Below, one piece after another: positions 62,559 through 64,000 of a DNA stretch of 64,000 nt. The notes beneath the pieces were generated by a model. The model ran no database searches. It was not told the DNA's origin and saw only the letters and a list, made by a program, of their open reading frames with translations. This stretch comes from Polyangiaceae bacterium. Lineage in GTDB: Bacteria; Myxococcota_A; Polyangia; Polyangiales; Polyangiaceae. Made by a program: the position numbers and the translations under genes. Each line of letters opens with the position of its first letter. The first letter of the stretch is position 1. Location of the stretch: positions 64,001 through 128,000 of the forward strand of contig JBILLK010000027.1 in NCBI GenBank assembly GCA_044376115.1. Reading direction: 5' to 3'.

Positions 62559-62781
62559 GAGCAGATGGTTTGCTCCCGGTCGCCGAAAAGTTCGTTGCGA
62601 GGCAGATGGTTTGCTCCCGGGCAGCGAGAAGTTTGCTCTGGAGCGGATGGTTTGCTCCCGGACGCCGAAAAGTTCGTTGTGAAGCAGATGGTTTGCTCCC
62701 TGGCGGCGGGAAGTTTGTTCTGAAGCAGATGGTTTGCTGCTGGACGCTGAGAAGTTTGTTTGGAGCAGATGGTTTGCTCCG
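62559..62781. repeat. Array of six ~41-bp units with the palindromic core GAGCAGATGGTTTGCTC
   Basis: GC(A/G)GATGGTTTGCT starts at 62561, 62602, 62643, 62684, 62725 and 62765 (spacing 41, 41, 41, 41, 40). Confidence 0.95.
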
Positions 62782-62956
62782 GAGAGGCTAGAAGATGGCG
62801 CTCACGCGCTTCGCTAGAGTAGCTCCCATCGGCGTGCCCACTTTGGCTAGCTAGACGCAGCAGCCGAAAAAAAAGCGAGCGCGTCTGCAAATAGGTGAGC
62901 ACTGCGGAGGGCCGGCGGTGATGTACCAGTATGCACTCGCCATTCACGAGCCCGTC

Positions 62957-64000
62957 ATGACCCGGTCACCCTTCCAACTTCTCCTAGCGACAGCTGCTTT
63001 GCCGGTGCTTCGGCTGAAGGCGCGCGAGCGGCTCAACCAGCCGACCCGAGTCGATTTGACGCTGGATTCGGATGCAGCCGCTGATCTGAGGCTGGGTATG
63101 CAAGCTACGGCCGCGATTGACGGCAGCCCGCTCGGCGCTCGCTTCTTTCACGGCATCGTTACACGTGTGGGCCGCGGTCAAACACAAACTGAGGTGCGGG
63201 TCGAGGCTCGGCTTGCTCGCTTACGCGGACGGAAGACGCATCGTATCTTCCACGATTGCTCGCACCTGGAGGTGGTAAAGCGGCTGCTCGAGGAGCACAG
63301 GATCCCGCTGCGACTACGCATCACACGAAGTTATCCGAAGGCGCCTCATCTCATTCAACGCGGGGAATCAGATCTTGAGTTCGTCGAGCGCTTGTTAGCC
63401 GAGGCCGGCATCTTCTATTTCTTTGATCACACCCAACAGACGGGTCGAGACCTCGACACCACGAACCTGGGAGAGGGCGAGATCGTCGTGCTTGCGGATT
63501 CGGCTTCAGCGTACTCCGTGCTAACCGGGAGTCCGTTGCATCAGCGCGCTGCCCAAACAGGAGCTGTTCGTGACGATCAGGCGCTCGTGGGGCTCGTGGA
63601 TCAGCGCTCCTCGCGTGTTGAACGCGTGCTGTCTGTGGGGCGGACGTTCTCGACGCCAACCAAGAGGATTTTCAGCGACTCAACCCTGGATCCAAGCGTG
63701 TTAGCGGAGCCGCCGCCCTTCCCACGAGACAGCCAGCGCAGCATCGCGATCGAGCATCTATTCGAGGCTGACGACGCACCCGTTTCGCCTTCAAGAGCGC
63801 GGGATCGACTCGAAGGCGAACAGGCTCGAGCGAGGACCTTGCGCGCACGTTCGACCAATCCGCACCTTATGCCGGGGCGACGCTACGCGCTCGCCGAGGC
63901 GCTCCTCGATGATACGCCGACCGAGCTCGTCGTCTTGGAGGTTCGCCATGACGCCGATGCTGAGCGCAAAGACGAGTTCTATCGCAATGACTCGCTTTCG
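62957..64000 (+). CDS. vgrG: Third, divergent VgrG, 3'-truncated by the window edge (not in the ORF track)
   Basis: Manual translation from ATG 62957: MTRSPFQLL...ERLNQP...FHGIV...HRIFHD...IQRGESDLEFVERLLAEAGIFYFFDH...LMPGRRY. Open to 64000. Confidence 0.88.
   Translation, partial: MTRSPFQLLLATAALPVLRLKARERLNQPTRVDLTLDSDAAADLRLGMQATAAIDGSPLGARFFHGIVTRVGRGQTQTEVRVEARLARLRGRKTHRIFHDCSHLEVVKRLLEEHRIPLRLRITRSYPKAPHLIQRGESDLEFVERLLAEAGIFYFFDHTQQTGRDLDTTNLGEGEIVVLADSASAYSVLTGSPLHQRAAQTGAVRDDQALVGLVDQRSSRVERVLSVGRTFSTPTKRIFSDSTLDPSVLAEPPPFPRDSQRSIAIEHLFEADDAPVSPSRARDRLEGEQARARTLRARSTNPHLMPGRRYALAEALLDDTPTELVVLEVRHDADAERKDEFYRNDSLS

Noticed and set aside
62559..62781. CRISPR array interpretation of the 41-bp repeats
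   Set aside because: The core is only 17-19 bp, the linkers are mutually homologous, and no cas gene is in the window. Kept as a non-CRISPR finding.
62429..62947. ORFs 62429..62791, 62517..62723 and 62531..62947 across the array
   Set aside because: The same repeat peptides (ADGLL, QMVCS, RWFAP) rotate through frames, as expected for a non-triplet repeat. Probably spurious.

Overview
GC-rich, gene-dense chromosomal segment. Gene content (Gly/Ala/Cys-rich lipoproteins, paralogous hybrid kinases, Uma2, several VgrG/DUF2169) suggests a myxobacterium of the Polyangiaceae/Sorangium type; this is an inference. About 1-42 kb is mostly housekeeping and envelope genes: FabB-like ketosynthase; MMPL, LolA-like and DUF1302-like export genes with ribA and a GLYK-type kinase between them; a stand-alone degenerate PglZ-domain protein; an AddAB operon; pal-tolQRAB; ddl-aroA-cmk. 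About 43-64 kb is accessory. It holds an orphan T6SS spike/effector island (evolved VgrG with a C39-like peptidase tail, putative immunity gene, second VgrG, two DUF2169 adaptors, PAAR-like protein), lipoproteins, Uma2, and a two-gene operon (helical protein plus HerA-like ATPase). Upstream of that operon is a probably non-coding array of six 41-bp palindromic repeats, followed by a third vgrG that runs off the window and is missing from the ORF track. The best candidates for something new are the repeat array with its neighbouring operon and the chimeric VgrG effector. All family calls are from motif recognition, with no database searches. No tRNA, rRNA, CRISPR or transposase was recognised.
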